Source: Octopus bimaculoides (Eukaryota). Taken from it: 64,000 nucleotides of DNA. The stretch is taken from contig NC_068984.1 in the NCBI RefSeq assembly GCF_001194135.2, forward strand, positions 66,520,509 through 66,584,508. Direction: 5' to 3'. A program made the translations under genes and the position numbers. A model generated the notes under the pieces. That model made no database searches and had not been told where the DNA came from. It was given only the letters and a program-made list of their open reading frames with translations. This document shows positions 51,858-63,941 of this stretch, piece after piece. The stretch's first letter is position 1; every line of letters starts with the position of its first letter.

Positions 51858-53924
51858 GTATCACATTTCCAAGCTTTAGTGTTCAAATGAATTGTTGGAG
51901 ACTCCAGGATAACAGAAGAAGAGGTTTTATTGTATATTTAGTACCTTACTATTCTAGTTTCAACTTTCACTCTACAGATTTTGTCTGTCATCTCTCAGAT
52001 TTAGGAAATATCAATAAATTAAGAATTAATTGTCTAGTGGTGTTGATTTAATCATTACAACAAATTAGTCTACTGCATTGATCATAGAAATCAATAACAA
52101 GTAAACCTAGGTATCAAATTCATCAAGAAAATGTATTTATAAATTTTGTTTATGCTTTTTGTATCAAACTTACAATAACTTTAATAATTAAGGTGTATAA
52201 TAAACAAAAAATTTCATATCAGAATGGATTGTTTAGTTAACTTCCTCTTTGTCATTCTTCTTTTGGCTTTGATTAGTGAATTGACAGATATTTCTTTTAA
52301 TATCATGAGGTAAAAATGAATTATCTTTTGCCAACTATCTCACATTCTGAATCTTACCTCATATTGGCATCTTAGAAGGTAAGATTGAAATCAATTTCTC
52401 TCTATTGTTCCTGATAACAATAGATGTATGAAACAAAAGCAACATTAATGTTGATTTTCAATTATTGAACAATGGCATTTGGTTAAGAACGTAAAACCAT
52501 GGAAGGAGTTGTGATGGGATATTGGTTTCTGACATGAAAGACTATGTATGATGCTGGGACTAAACATTGGTGTTATCTAGAGGTAGAAAAAGAAAGTACT
52601 GTTGTATGTTCTAAGCAAATGAGAAACCACATCAGATCAAGAAAATATGAGAAGAGGTAAATGAGAGTAGGAAAATTGGCCAAGGCAGTAAAATGCTTAT
52701 TTTATTCTTCATTATTCAATATGTTGTTGTTCAGAGTTGAAAATTCCTTTTGGTTTTACTTTGCTTGTCATCCCTCAAAAGTGGGGGAAAACATGTGCCA
52801 CTTATGTAACAATGTTAATCCAATCGTCAAAGTAAGTTAATCCTTTTGTAAAAAAAGAAAGAAAAGCTAAAGGAAGGCACATCTTGATGATTTTAGCTTT
52901 ATCATTCATCAATAATATGTAATGTAGTTATCTCTTTCTATATTGAAGACTAATATTTCTGTTATAGTCAAAAAGATTAGAGGAGTATGACATTGTAAGT
53001 TGTTATTCCAGGGCAATAATTCATTGCAAGAAGATATTTATTTTATTAAATGAATTTAGATAATATGTTTTAAAATAAGTAAATGAATTTAAAACTGTAT
53101 TGCTGTTAATTTCTTTCTCCATAACTTTTAGCTTATTTTATTGCAATTGAAAGAAAGTACACTTTTAGTAGTTTAAACTTAGAGGAATATCAGTCAGAAT
53201 TTTATCGCTATAAGGAAAATTCGTCTAAGCAATTTGACTGAAATAGCTGTCAGGGATATAATGGAATTAGATATAGAGAAGAGCAGACAAATTTGTGCAG
53301 AAGATACAGATTTAAAGAAAATTATTTATGGTACATAGTTTTGTGATTGATGGCTATGAATTCAAATCCTGCTGAGTCTATCTATATAAGTGATGTTAAT
53401 TTTCTTTAAAGTTACACAGAAGATATTATTTAATATGAATTGTCAGCATCCATTTTATTCATAAATGCATAAAAATCTCAAACATAGATATAGTTATAAT
53501 ATCGCTGGGAGGAAGAAAACCATTTATGTAAACAAATCACAAAGAGGGAAATTCATAATCTTTCAAAAATATTTATCATTATTGAAGATATAAGTGTCAA
53601 TTCTTGAAACTGTATGAATGAATATTGCTAATACAATATTTTTGGCTCATGAGAAAGCATAAAATTTACAGACCCTTATTTCATTTCCTTTCCTTCTCTG
53701 ATACCAAAACCTTGAATCTTTGTAAAAGTTTGGCTCTGTAAAACTCATTTGAAGAACTTACGGAGAGTCATATAACTAGAGACAGTTCTTACCTCTAAGA
53801 CCTTACCAATTGAACAAAATTCTGTATAAATTGGTCTGCTTGAATTATGTTGATCATAATCGTTCACTAATAGACTAGAAGTGAACTTCAGAAGTGGTGG
53901 AATGAAAGAGTATAAGGTTATAGA

Positions 53925-53964
53925 TCATCACCAGCAGCAGCACCAGCAGCACCAGCACCACCAG

Positions 53965-53996
<32 letters not shown>

Positions 53997-54117
53997 CCAC
54001 TACCACCACCATCACCATCATCATCATCATCATCACCACNNNNNNNNNNNNNNNNNNNNNNNNNNNNNNNNNNNNNNNNNNNNNNNNNNNNNNNNNNNNN
54101 NNNNNNNNNNNNNNCAC

Positions 54118-54168
<51 letters not shown>
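53925..54168. repeat. Compound trinucleotide microsatellite (CAG/CAC/CAT)n with an internal gap
   Basis: Seen directly; it produces spurious polyQ/polyH and polyM ORFs. Confidence 0.95.
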
Positions 54169-55753
54169 TTTATTATGAAATTTCATTGCTTTTACTTGCT
54201 GAAGTATCCATTTGTTCACTCTCATGTGCCTTGTCATTGTATGCATTTATTTCTTCCGTTATTTTGACTTAATGCAGAATATCAATTTTCTCTCGTCTAA
54301 AATCATTATTCTTCAATAATAATATGAAAATTTTGTTTTCCAAAAATGCTATTTTTTTTCTTCCAATGATAGTCTAAAAACAAATAAACATCATCCCCTT
54401 CTACTCCCACCAAAAAATCCCACACATGAACACACACACATACATACACACACACTCACATACACACTCATATACACACACACACACACACTCACACACA
54501 CTCACATACACACACACACACATGACTGTGATCAAAGTTCTTTATAGAACACAGAGGTAAATTTAAACTTTTACTCTTTCTTTTTTGAGAAAATTTGCAC
54601 CTCAAAAGAATTTGTTTTAATTTTTTTTTTTAAATCATTTTAGAATAATGACTAAAAGAAATAGCAACATGCAAAATGACCATTATATTTTCAAAAGAAT
54701 CCCTGAATATTAATATTGATAGCAGTTATGGAAGTGAAATGATGTTATTGGATATTTTTCTATTGGAATTCAAATGCTACCAGTAGTTTAGTTGTCATTA
54801 ATGGTGGATTGATATTTTTTATGGCCTCCTGAGTTATGTTCAGTATTAATCTGTTTAATAAGCTTTGTTCAAGTTTTCTTTTCAGATATTTATCAATGAC
54901 AAACTTACATAAATAATAATAATATTTAGATGTTACATTTTATAGAAGCTTTTATATTGAAGAAGAATTATAATATTTAGTGGGCATTGAAAGTTTAACT
55001 AATAAATGTCATTTTGTAAAGTTTAATTTAGAAATCATTTAGTATAATTATCATTTTATTAAAAGCTTTGGCCATAAAATGAAATAAAAATAAAATAAAG
55101 TGGTGAATGTGAAGTAATTTTACAAGTGATATTAATCATCAAGAATTTATTATCTTTGTAATTTATGTAGAACCTTGCAACTGAGATTGTTTAGATATGG
55201 GAAGAATGATGGATAAGAACTTGTCACACAGTTCTTGTAGTTTAACTTCATGTCTGACCTAATTGTTTTGACCGTTAGTGAAATGCATTCTGTTTCTTCT
55301 TTTTGCATATACAGGACTACATTAGACAATGTGACATTTCTTTTAATGAGAATATAGGATGTAATTTGAAAGAGGTTAGTTACTATTTCTAGAGATGGAA
55401 TTCTAACATAAAGTTTCCATCATTGGTTTATTAAGATGTAAATCACCAGTGCTGGTTTGTTTATATCCCTATAACTTAGTACTTCAGCATAAGAGGCCAA
55501 TAGAACAAGTGCCAGTTTAAATGATATAAGTACAAGGGTCAATTCCTTTGACTAAAACCTTTCAAGGCAGTTTTCCAGCATGGTCACAATTCAAAGACTG
55601 ATACAAGTAAAAGAAAAAGATAAAATGCTGTTCTTGATTGGCATGAATCTGAATCACATACCAAAGATTTTTAAGATATTCATTGTTGCAGTTTTACCTG
55701 ACATAGTCTCTATAGGGAACACAGGCATGAAATATTCAAATACAGCTGTCATA

Positions 55754-56054
55754 CGAGGGTTCCAGTTGATTCAATCAATGGAACAGCTTGCTCATGAAAT
55801 AAACGTACAAGTAACTGAGCATTCCACAGACACGTGTCCCCTAAACCTAGTTCTTAGGGAGATTCAGCATGACACAGAATGTGACAAGGCTGGCCCTTTG
55901 AAATACAGGTACTACTCATTTTTGCCAGTTGAGTGGACTGGAGCAATGGGAAATAAAGAGTCTTGCTCAAGGACACAACACATCACCAGGAATTGAACTC
56001 ATGACCTTATGATTGTGAGCTGAATACCCTAACCACTAAGCCATGTGTCTTCAC
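55754..56054 (-). mobile_element. tRNA-derived SINE (family D), 3'-truncated, 13 bp TSD
   Basis: Minus-strand head ggcttagtggttagggtattcagctcacaatc...gagttcaattcc; core tgtgtccttgagcaagac; tail homologous to the family E tail. TSD tacagctgtcata at 55741-55753 and 56055-56067. Confidence 0.9.
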
Positions 56055-57054
56055 TACAGCTGTCATAAGGGCTATATAAACGACACACTTCACTATCAAG
56101 ACATTTAGTTTCCTTAAATGTAATGCAGAAGAGTTCTGTATTGATTGTAGGGAAATACCTTGTAATAATACCTTAATGGATTATTGGGCTTTTTCCAAAG
56201 ACTTTATTTTTATCTAGCATGTTGACAGTCTGTCTGACTGCCTGTCTGTTACTGTCCATTCCATTTTCAAGCCATTGACTACAGTCAGAAACTATAGATA
56301 AGCAGCATAAGTGAAATGTCTCAATCAGAGGCCAGGCTTATGTTGTAAACATAGCTTTCTGGCAGTATGCCACTATTCCGTGACACTTGCATACTGACTG
56401 TAGTATAAAATTAAGTACAACATCCTATCAATTAATATAAGCTGAACTTGTTATGTGCTGTCTTTGATAATTCTGACAAAAAAAAAAGAATCATGCTTTC
56501 TGCTTTTCTTCTTTGCTAAACAGTACACAATATAGCTGAATATTTTATATACAAATTTAATATATATTATTGAGTTGGTGCACTTAAGCTACCTTAATAA
56601 AATCTGGTCCAGTAGAGAATTCTCACTGAAGTTGAAACTTTGATTCTATAATTAAGATGTTCTATTCATATATTTAGTGGCTGTGAAACATTTGAAATCA
56701 AGCATTGTGAATCTAATCACAAACAGGAATTAGATGACTTTTTTAAAACACACACTCTGTTTCATACTCTATGTAATAGTTTTATACATGAGATGGAATA
56801 ACTTTGTTATCCATATTGTAGTAATCAGTACCCAACAGAATTCTGCTTAGAAGATTAAATTGGTTTAGCTAAGCATTAAGACTCCTGCCTTGAATCTTGC
56901 CAATCAAGTGCTTTGGTATACAACTATGTGGAAGGAGAACTATTTACTGAACAAAAATCTAACTATCTGGCAGTATCGGCATCAAGTTGAATAGGCTAGA
57001 GTGGGGGATAAACCTAAGAGGCACAAAATGCCTACTTATTTATTTTTAGAGTAG

Positions 57055-57448
57055 CTGTCTGGTTTCCGTGCTGGTGGCATGTAAACAGCACCAGCGTGAT
57101 AGTTACCAACGTCACCTTCCTGGCACTTGTGCCAGTGGCATGTGAAAAGACATTCGAGCAAGATTGTTGTCAGTGCTGATGGGACTGGTTCCTGTGCAGG
57201 TGACACGTAAAATACACCATTTCGAGCATGGCCATCGCCATACCCGCCTGACTGGCCCTTGTGCCGGTGGCATGTAAAAGCACCCACTTCACTCTCGGAG
57301 TGGTTGGCGTTAGGAAGGGCATCCGGCTGTAGAAACTCTGGCAAATCAGATTGGAGCCTGGTGTAGCCATCTGGTTCACCAGTCCTCAGTCAAATTATCC
57401 AACCCATGCTAGTATGGAAAGCGGACGTTAAACGATGATGATGATGAT
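57055..57448 (+). mobile_element. SINE family B (RTE-type 3' tail ending (GAT)n) with four internal ~61-67 bp modules
   Basis: gtggttggcgttaggaagggcatcc...cccatgctagtatggaaagcggacgttaaacgatgatgatg; a gtgc.ggtggcatgtaaaa motif recurs at 57068, 57129, 57194 and 57261. Confidence 0.9.
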
Positions 57449-57519
57449 ATATATATATGTATGTATGTATGTATATATGTATGTATATACATTTGTAAAT
57501 ATATGTATTTATGTGTATG

Positions 57520-57550
<31 letters not shown>

Positions 57551-58235
57551 CTGTGTGTATATATATTGTATATAGATATATATATGGTTACACATATGAA
57601 TGTATGTATATATATGTGTGTACACATACACTCACATTTAACAAATACTCTTACAAGTATTAATTTGCAATATCAAATTTATTCTCCAAAAGTATGAGTA
57701 AATGATCAGATTTTCTGACCGCATCAAAGCCTGCCAGCATGGAAAGAACTGGTAAAAAATATATTAATAATGAAATGAAATTTTTGCACCTGGTGTTTAA
57801 ACAGCAAAGCATTTAGAATGCAATAGACATGTCTTTGTGTATGTGTGAGGCTGTAAATATGAATGTGTGAAAGTATGTGTTTATGTGTGAATTAATACGT
57901 CTATTTTATGTTTTTGCTATCTTTTTTTCCTTTTAATACATTTCAGTTATATAAAGATTAGGCAGAATTATTCAATAAAAAGGAAAAGGAAAATAGATAA
58001 CAATGATTATAAAGTTGATTGCCATGATGAGAATAATGATGATTTTGTTATGATCACAATGTTTCTGATGGTATTGGAGCTGGTGATTATATTATTTACA
58101 TAAAATGAAAATTGAATGTGGTTACTTATTTCTGTTGCACTCATATCAGGAAATATTTGGTTTGACACACACACACAGACACACATGTGAGCGCACGAAA
58201 ATACATACATACATACATATATATACACACATATA

Positions 58236-58470
58236 CATCATCGTTATTGTCATTATCCGAACTTAACATGTCTTCTTAGCTGGTGTGGGATGGACATTTC
58301 AACAGGACCTAACAAGCCAGAAAGCTACTTCATGTACCAATGTCTTCTCTCACTTACTGTCTATAGCTAGATGCTCTCCTTAACATTACAAAATGTTGTG
58401 GTTGCTTTTTTGTGGCATCAGCACTAGTGAAGTCACCATGCAACTTGCAAGGCTATAAAGCTCACCTTGA
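58236..58470 (-). mobile_element. SINE family B, degenerate
   Basis: cttaacatgtcttc...gctggtgtgggatggac...ctagatgctctcctaac...gcttttttgtggcatcagcactag. Confidence 0.65.
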
Positions 58471-58765
58471 CTGAGTGAGAGAATAATAGAGAGAAGCAAT
58501 TTTATATGTTAGGTGATAGGTGGTCATTGTATGAAGGAAGGGGCTGAAATTGGGTTGTTGCTGTAGTGAAAACACACAGTGTTTGCCCCCAATATTTAGC
58601 AGGTACAGAAAGACAAAACAAAATAACCCATGTTGAAGCACACCCTGTTTGTTCATATATGTGGAATGCAAACAAATACACACATAAATACATGAACATC
58701 AAGAAGAATTTTGTTTACATGCTTATATTTCTTTCACAGGTAGGCTTTCTGTTTCACATACACAC

Positions 58766-58834
<69 letters not shown>

Positions 58835-58836
<2 letters not shown>

Positions 58837-59268
58837 TTTCATTCTTTCATTTGTTTTAGTGATTTGACTGTAGCCATGCTGGAGCACAGTTTTCAGTCAA
58901 ACAAATCAACCCCAGGACTTATTCTTGTAAGCCTGGTACTTATCCTATCGGTCTCTTTTGCCAAACCACTAAGTTACGGGTATGTAAACACACCAAAATC
59001 AGTTATTAAGCAATGTGTGGGGGTCAAACACAGACACACAAGCATATACATATGCGTATGTATATATACGACAGGCTTCTATCAGTTTTCATCTATCAAA
59101 TCCACTCACAAGGCTTTGGTTGGCCGAGGCTATAGTAGAAAACACTTGTCCAAGGTGCCACGCAGTGAGACTGAACCTGGGGCCATGTGGTTGGTAAGCA
59201 AGTTACTTACCACACAGGCACTCCTGTGCGGTAAGCAAGTTACTTACCACACAGCCACTCCTGTGCCT
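58835..59268 (-). mobile_element. SINE family A, full length, duplicated 5' head
   Basis: Collinear with 30563-30977 on the minus strand; the head gtaagcaagttacttaccacacag(g/c)cactcctgtgc occurs twice (59196-59266). Confidence 0.9.
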
Positions 59269-59455
59269 CTGTTTATAGGTGCAGGAGTGGCCCGACATAT
59301 TGTGAGCAAGGAAGTGAATTACTCCACTCCAGCTTGGCAAGGCCAGTAGACCATGGTTTCTGGGTTTTTACTCTTCATCGGTATTGGTCACCTGCCTTCT
59401 AGAGATGGCAGTCAATCATCCCTATTCACAATATATAAATAGAGAAGGTGATATA

Positions 59456-59501
<46 letters not shown>

Positions 59502-59904
59502 CATAAAAATATAGAGATAAATTGCCTGTGACCAACACAAATAGAAATTGCAAATATTATGTTTATTGTTGCCAAGTCCTAGACAAATCCTGATTCAGTA
59601 AATCTATGGCCAAACACATTCCAGCCATGACCTTCACAGCTATTATTTTCTTGACCTTAGTATATCTTTCCTGTTTAAAGACAGAAGAAAGGATTTGAAG
59701 AAGATTTACTCGTAGCTGAGAGAAAGATCATATAGAGACTTCTTTGACTTGTACTTGTTGTTGTTATTTAGTCTTAGATCTTCCCTAATTGGTCAAATCG
59801 ATGATCCAAGCTATTTCCAATCTCTCACTCATTCACTCGCTCACTCACTCTCTCCTGTCTCTCTCTCTGTCTATACTTTCATTTTCTTTTTTTTTATTTT
59901 TGAT

Positions 59905-60200
59905 GTGCAGGAGTAGCTGTGTGATAAAAAGTTTGCCTCCCAAACACATGACTCTGGGTAGAATTCCACTGCATGGTACCTTGGGCAAGTGTCTTCCGCT
60001 CTTGCCTTGGGCTGACCAAGACTTTGTTGAATATATTTGGTAGATGGAAACTGAAAGAAGCCTGTTGGATGTATGTATGTATGTGTATATTTGTATATTT
60101 GTATGTGTGTGTGTCTTTGTTCCCCACCACTGCTTGACAATTTGTGATGGTTTGTTTATGTCTCCATGACTTAGAAGTTTGGCAGAAATAGGTTGCTATG
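59905..60200 (+). mobile_element. SINE family A, 3'-truncated
   Basis: gtgcaggagtagctgtgtgataaaaag...ccttgggcaagtgtcttc...ggaaactgaaagaagcc...cttgacaa. Confidence 0.85.
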
Positions 60201-60467
60201 AATATTGAGGTCAATTTGTTTGACTAAACACTTTACTGAATCAAGTAAAAGATTAAATATAATGTGTCTGGGACTACACTATCCAGTGTACTCTTACTTT
60301 TTCAAGATGGTGTGCCTGATACTTATACTTTACCCACAAATACATTGCAACAAAACCTTAATTAGCACTGCTAAACTTAAAAGTTACTGCTATGTGAGCA
60401 AGTAGCATTGGGGCCTTTTATAACATTATTTTATAAGGCACCACTTTTATCTCTGTAAAATAAATGT

Positions 60468-60832
60468 ATCAAGAGCACTCAGAGAGTGCAAACCACCAAG
60501 GCAACACCAATGTCCTCTCAATGATTAGCCAGAGAGGATTTTTAAAATGAGAATATCTAAAATAAACTCAACTGCTCACACAAACGACAATACTAAAAAT
60601 GAACCCGACTGCTCTCAAAAATTAAGTAAAAAAACAGGAAAAATAATCCAGAATCCTTGTCTTGTACCAGATTGATCCCAAAATCTAATCAGTTCGTGCC
60701 AGTCATGAGGCCAAACATCCCTGAAAGTTCCATCCGGATCCATCCAGTAGTTCTTGAGATATCTTGTCCATGGACAAATAAACAAACATGACTGAAAACA
60801 ATACCTCTGCCTTTGCTAAGGTGGCGGTAATC
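60468..60832 (+). mobile_element. Non-autonomous Helentron/HINE-like element
   Basis: 5' caagagcactcagagagtgcaaaccaccaaggc; 3' aatacctctgcctttgctaaggtggcggtaa with a terminal stem-loop (gcctt-tgct-aaggt). No TSD and no coding capacity. The class assignment is inference. Confidence 0.5.
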
Positions 60833-60896
60833 AATACTTCTGTTGAGGTGGCAATAATCTGGTGAAACTAAAAAGAACTAAGCAAAGAGACTGACA

Positions 60897-61108
60897 GAAA
60901 GAGAGTGACAAAGTGAGCAGACAGGGAAAGAGAAGAGGAAAAGACAGAGAAAAGGAGAAAGTGCTGGTTAAAAAACAAGGATCAAGAAAGGAAGATACAT
61001 AGAGAGAGAGAAAGAGAAAGAGAGAGAGAGAGAGATAGAGAGAGAGAGAGATCAATTAATAGAAGGAGACTGACAAAGAGGGCAGACAAGCAAACAGGAG
61101 AGAGAGAG
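60897..61108 (+). repeat. Inverted duplication, left arm (partner 62572-62792)
   Basis: gaaagagagtgacaaagtgagcagacagg...gatcaattaatagaaggagactgacaaagagggcagacaagcaaacagg is the reverse complement of 62572-62792, with about 5 substitutions outside the (AG)n. Confidence 0.95.
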
Positions 61109-61284
61109 TTCTTTTTGCTTAGAATGCTCTTTGGTCTAAAGGCAGAGTTTATATACATAGTGAGGCAAAATGTATCTTTATCAAATGTAAAGCTGTATTC
61201 TTACAGTTAATACGCAAACACATATATACATACATACATGCTCACACACACACACACACGCACACACATATACATACATATATA

Positions 61285-61469
61285 TATTCCTTTACTTGTT
61301 TCAGTCATGTGGAGCAGCACATTTAGTTGAACAAATTGACCCTAGTACTTATTCTATCGGTCTCATTTGCCAGACTGCTAAATTATGGGGGATTAAAGCG
61401 CACCAACATCGGTTGACAAACGATGGTGGTAGGTGGTGGGGTCAAACACAGACACAAAAATACATACAT

Positions 61470-61500
<31 letters not shown>

Positions 61501-61662
61501 CATACACAAACATATGCATGTATACAACAGGCTTCTTTCAGTTTTCACCAACGAAATCCATTCACAAGGCTTTGGTTGGCCCAAGGTGCCATGCAGTGGG
61601 ACTGAACCCAGAACCATGTGGCTGGGAAGCAAGCTTCTTACCACGCAGCCACTCCTACACCT
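61285..61662 (-). mobile_element. SINE family A, full length
   Basis: ctttacttgtttcagtcatg ... gggactgaacccagaaccatgtggctgggaagcaagcttcttaccacgcagccactcctacacc. Confidence 0.88.
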
Positions 61663-62226
61663 ATATATATATATATATATNNNNNNNNNNNNNNNNNNNN
61701 NNNNNNNNNNNNNNNNNNNNNNNNNNNNNNNNNNNNNNNNNNNNNNNNNNNNNNNNNNNNNNNNNNNNNNNNNNNNNNNNNNNNNNNNNNNNNNNNNNNN
61801 NNNNNNNNNNNNNNNNNNNNNNNNNNNNNNNNNNNNNNNNNNNNNNNNNNNNNNNNNNNNNNNNNNNNNNNNNNNNNNNNNNNNNNNNNNNNNNNNNNNN
61901 NNNNNNNNNNNNNNNNNNNNNNNNNNNNNNNNNNNNNNNNNNNNNNNNNNNNNNNNNNNNNNNNNNNNNNNNNNNNNNNNNNNNNNNNNNNNNNNNNNNN
62001 NNNNNNNNNNNNNNNNNNNNNNNNNNNNNNNNNNNNNNNNNNNNNNNNNNNNNNNNNNNNNNNNNNNNNNNNNNNNNNNNNNNNNNNNNNNNNNNNNNNN
62101 NNNNNNNNNNNNNNNNNNNNNNNNNNNNNNNNNNNNNNNNNNNNNNNNNNNNNNNNNNNNNNNNNNNNNNNNNNNNNNNNNNNNNNNNNNNNNNNNNNNN
62201 NNNNNNNNNNNNNNNNNNNNNNNNNN

Positions 62227-62270
<44 letters not shown>

Positions 62271-62571
62271 CACATATACAAATTAAGTTATTGACCTGTG
62301 TGAATGTGTTTTGTTACCTCATGTATGTTTATGCCAACCTTTTTACATGTCCTCTTAGTATTAATCTTTCTCTTGTTTATTATCTCTCCCTCTCTTTCTC
62401 ACTTGCACACACCCACTCTTATAATTCTGTTGTCCTTTCTTCTTTCATTGAATTTCAGTCATTCTTTCTCTCTCTCACTTTCTTTATCACTCACCTGCTT
62501 TTGCATTCTTTCTTTCTATCTGTCTCACTCTCTATCACTTTATCATCCTTTCTCATTTTTTTGAACCAACT

Positions 62572-62635
62572 CTCTCTCTCTCTCTCTCTCCTGTTTGCTT
62601 GTCTGCCCTCTTTGTCAGTCTCCTTCTATTAATTG

Positions 62636-62689
<54 letters not shown>

Positions 62690-62792
62690 GTATCTTCTTT
62701 TCTTGATCTTTGTTTTTTAATCAGCACTTTCTCCTTTTCTCTGTCTTTTTCTCTTCTCTTTGCCTGTCTGCTCACTTTGTCACTCTCTTTCT
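62572..62792 (-). repeat. Inverted duplication, right arm
   Basis: cctgtttgcttgtctgccctctttgtcagtctccttctattaattgatc...cctgtctgctcactttgtcactctctttc. Confidence 0.95.
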
Positions 62793-63558
62793 CTTTGACT
62801 CTCTCGCCCTTTCTCTCTCCCCCACTCTTACCAATTCTATTTTACATTCTCATGGGATCTATTGCGGACAGTGCTGGAAGAAGCCATAATTTTCTTCTAT
62901 CTCATTGAGAAACATCTATCTAATCCTTACATAGCACCTTCTCTGTCAAACCATTCTTTTATTCCAAATCAATCACAAAATATCATCAATCTTCCTTTTC
63001 CATATCGTTCGGCTCTGGAATTGTTTCCTGTATATTTATTCCCCAATTTCTTCCTGCAATTTCAGAAAAACCAATCAGAAATTTCATTTAATTGTTATAA
63101 CTTTTGCTTTACTTTTCTTTCTCTTCCTTCTTTTTTTTTTTTTNNNNNNNNNNTTTTTTTTTTTTGTCTTTGCTTCTTTTTTTTTTTATGTGTGTGAATT
63201 TCTCCTCAATTTTTCAAGCTCACTTTCTACCTATGGGGGCCAATTGTTTTAGAGACTGGACCTTACCTAATGTGATTAAAATGTAAAAAAATAAATGAAA
63301 TAAACCAATAACCAAAAAGGAAAAAATAGATTTGCTAGCACAATCTATCATAGATCAGATATAGCATCAGTCTCTCCCTTTCTCTCTATCTCTGTATCTC
63401 TCACTCTCACCTTCTCTTAGCCCTTCCTTTCTTTCTTTTGCTATCGCTTTCTCTTTTTCTCTTGTGAAAACCTGTCTGTGTGCATGTGTCTATGTGTTAT
63501 TTTGTCTGGTTGCCTCTGTGTGTGTATATATATATATATATATTACAGATATATATAT

Positions 63559-63624
<66 letters not shown>

Positions 63625-63941
63625 GACTGTTTTTCTGTAGATATATTTATATAGGGCTATGTTAATATATTTATATGCAGGCACACACTCGCACACACAC
63701 ATATATATGAGAAAGAGAAAAGAGAGATGGAGAGATATAGTGGATAGGGAATGTAGATTTGGTTGTAATCTCTTAATGGTTTTGCTTTGGTTACATTTTT
63801 TTACTGTCTACCAGTTTAGCAGTATTCAACTGAATATTTCTAATTTATTTTATTTCGACACAATCTAAAGTGTGTTCTGGTTGAATTCTTCTAACTTGAT
63901 AGCAACACTCAGTTAAACAAGAATATCACAATATATTTTAG

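Noticed and set aside
53875-54267. PolyQ/polyH and polyM ORFs
   Set aside because: These are translations of a compound trinucleotide microsatellite with a gap, with no flanking coding signal.
57068-57285. CRISPR-like repeat-spacer pattern
   Set aside because: The context is a eukaryotic SINE, the repeats are degenerate, the spacers are related to one another and there are no cas genes.
60831-62908. Ser/Leu/Phe-rich ORFs resembling membrane proteins
   Set aside because: They are translations of (CT)n/(AG)n-rich low-complexity sequence in the inverted arms.
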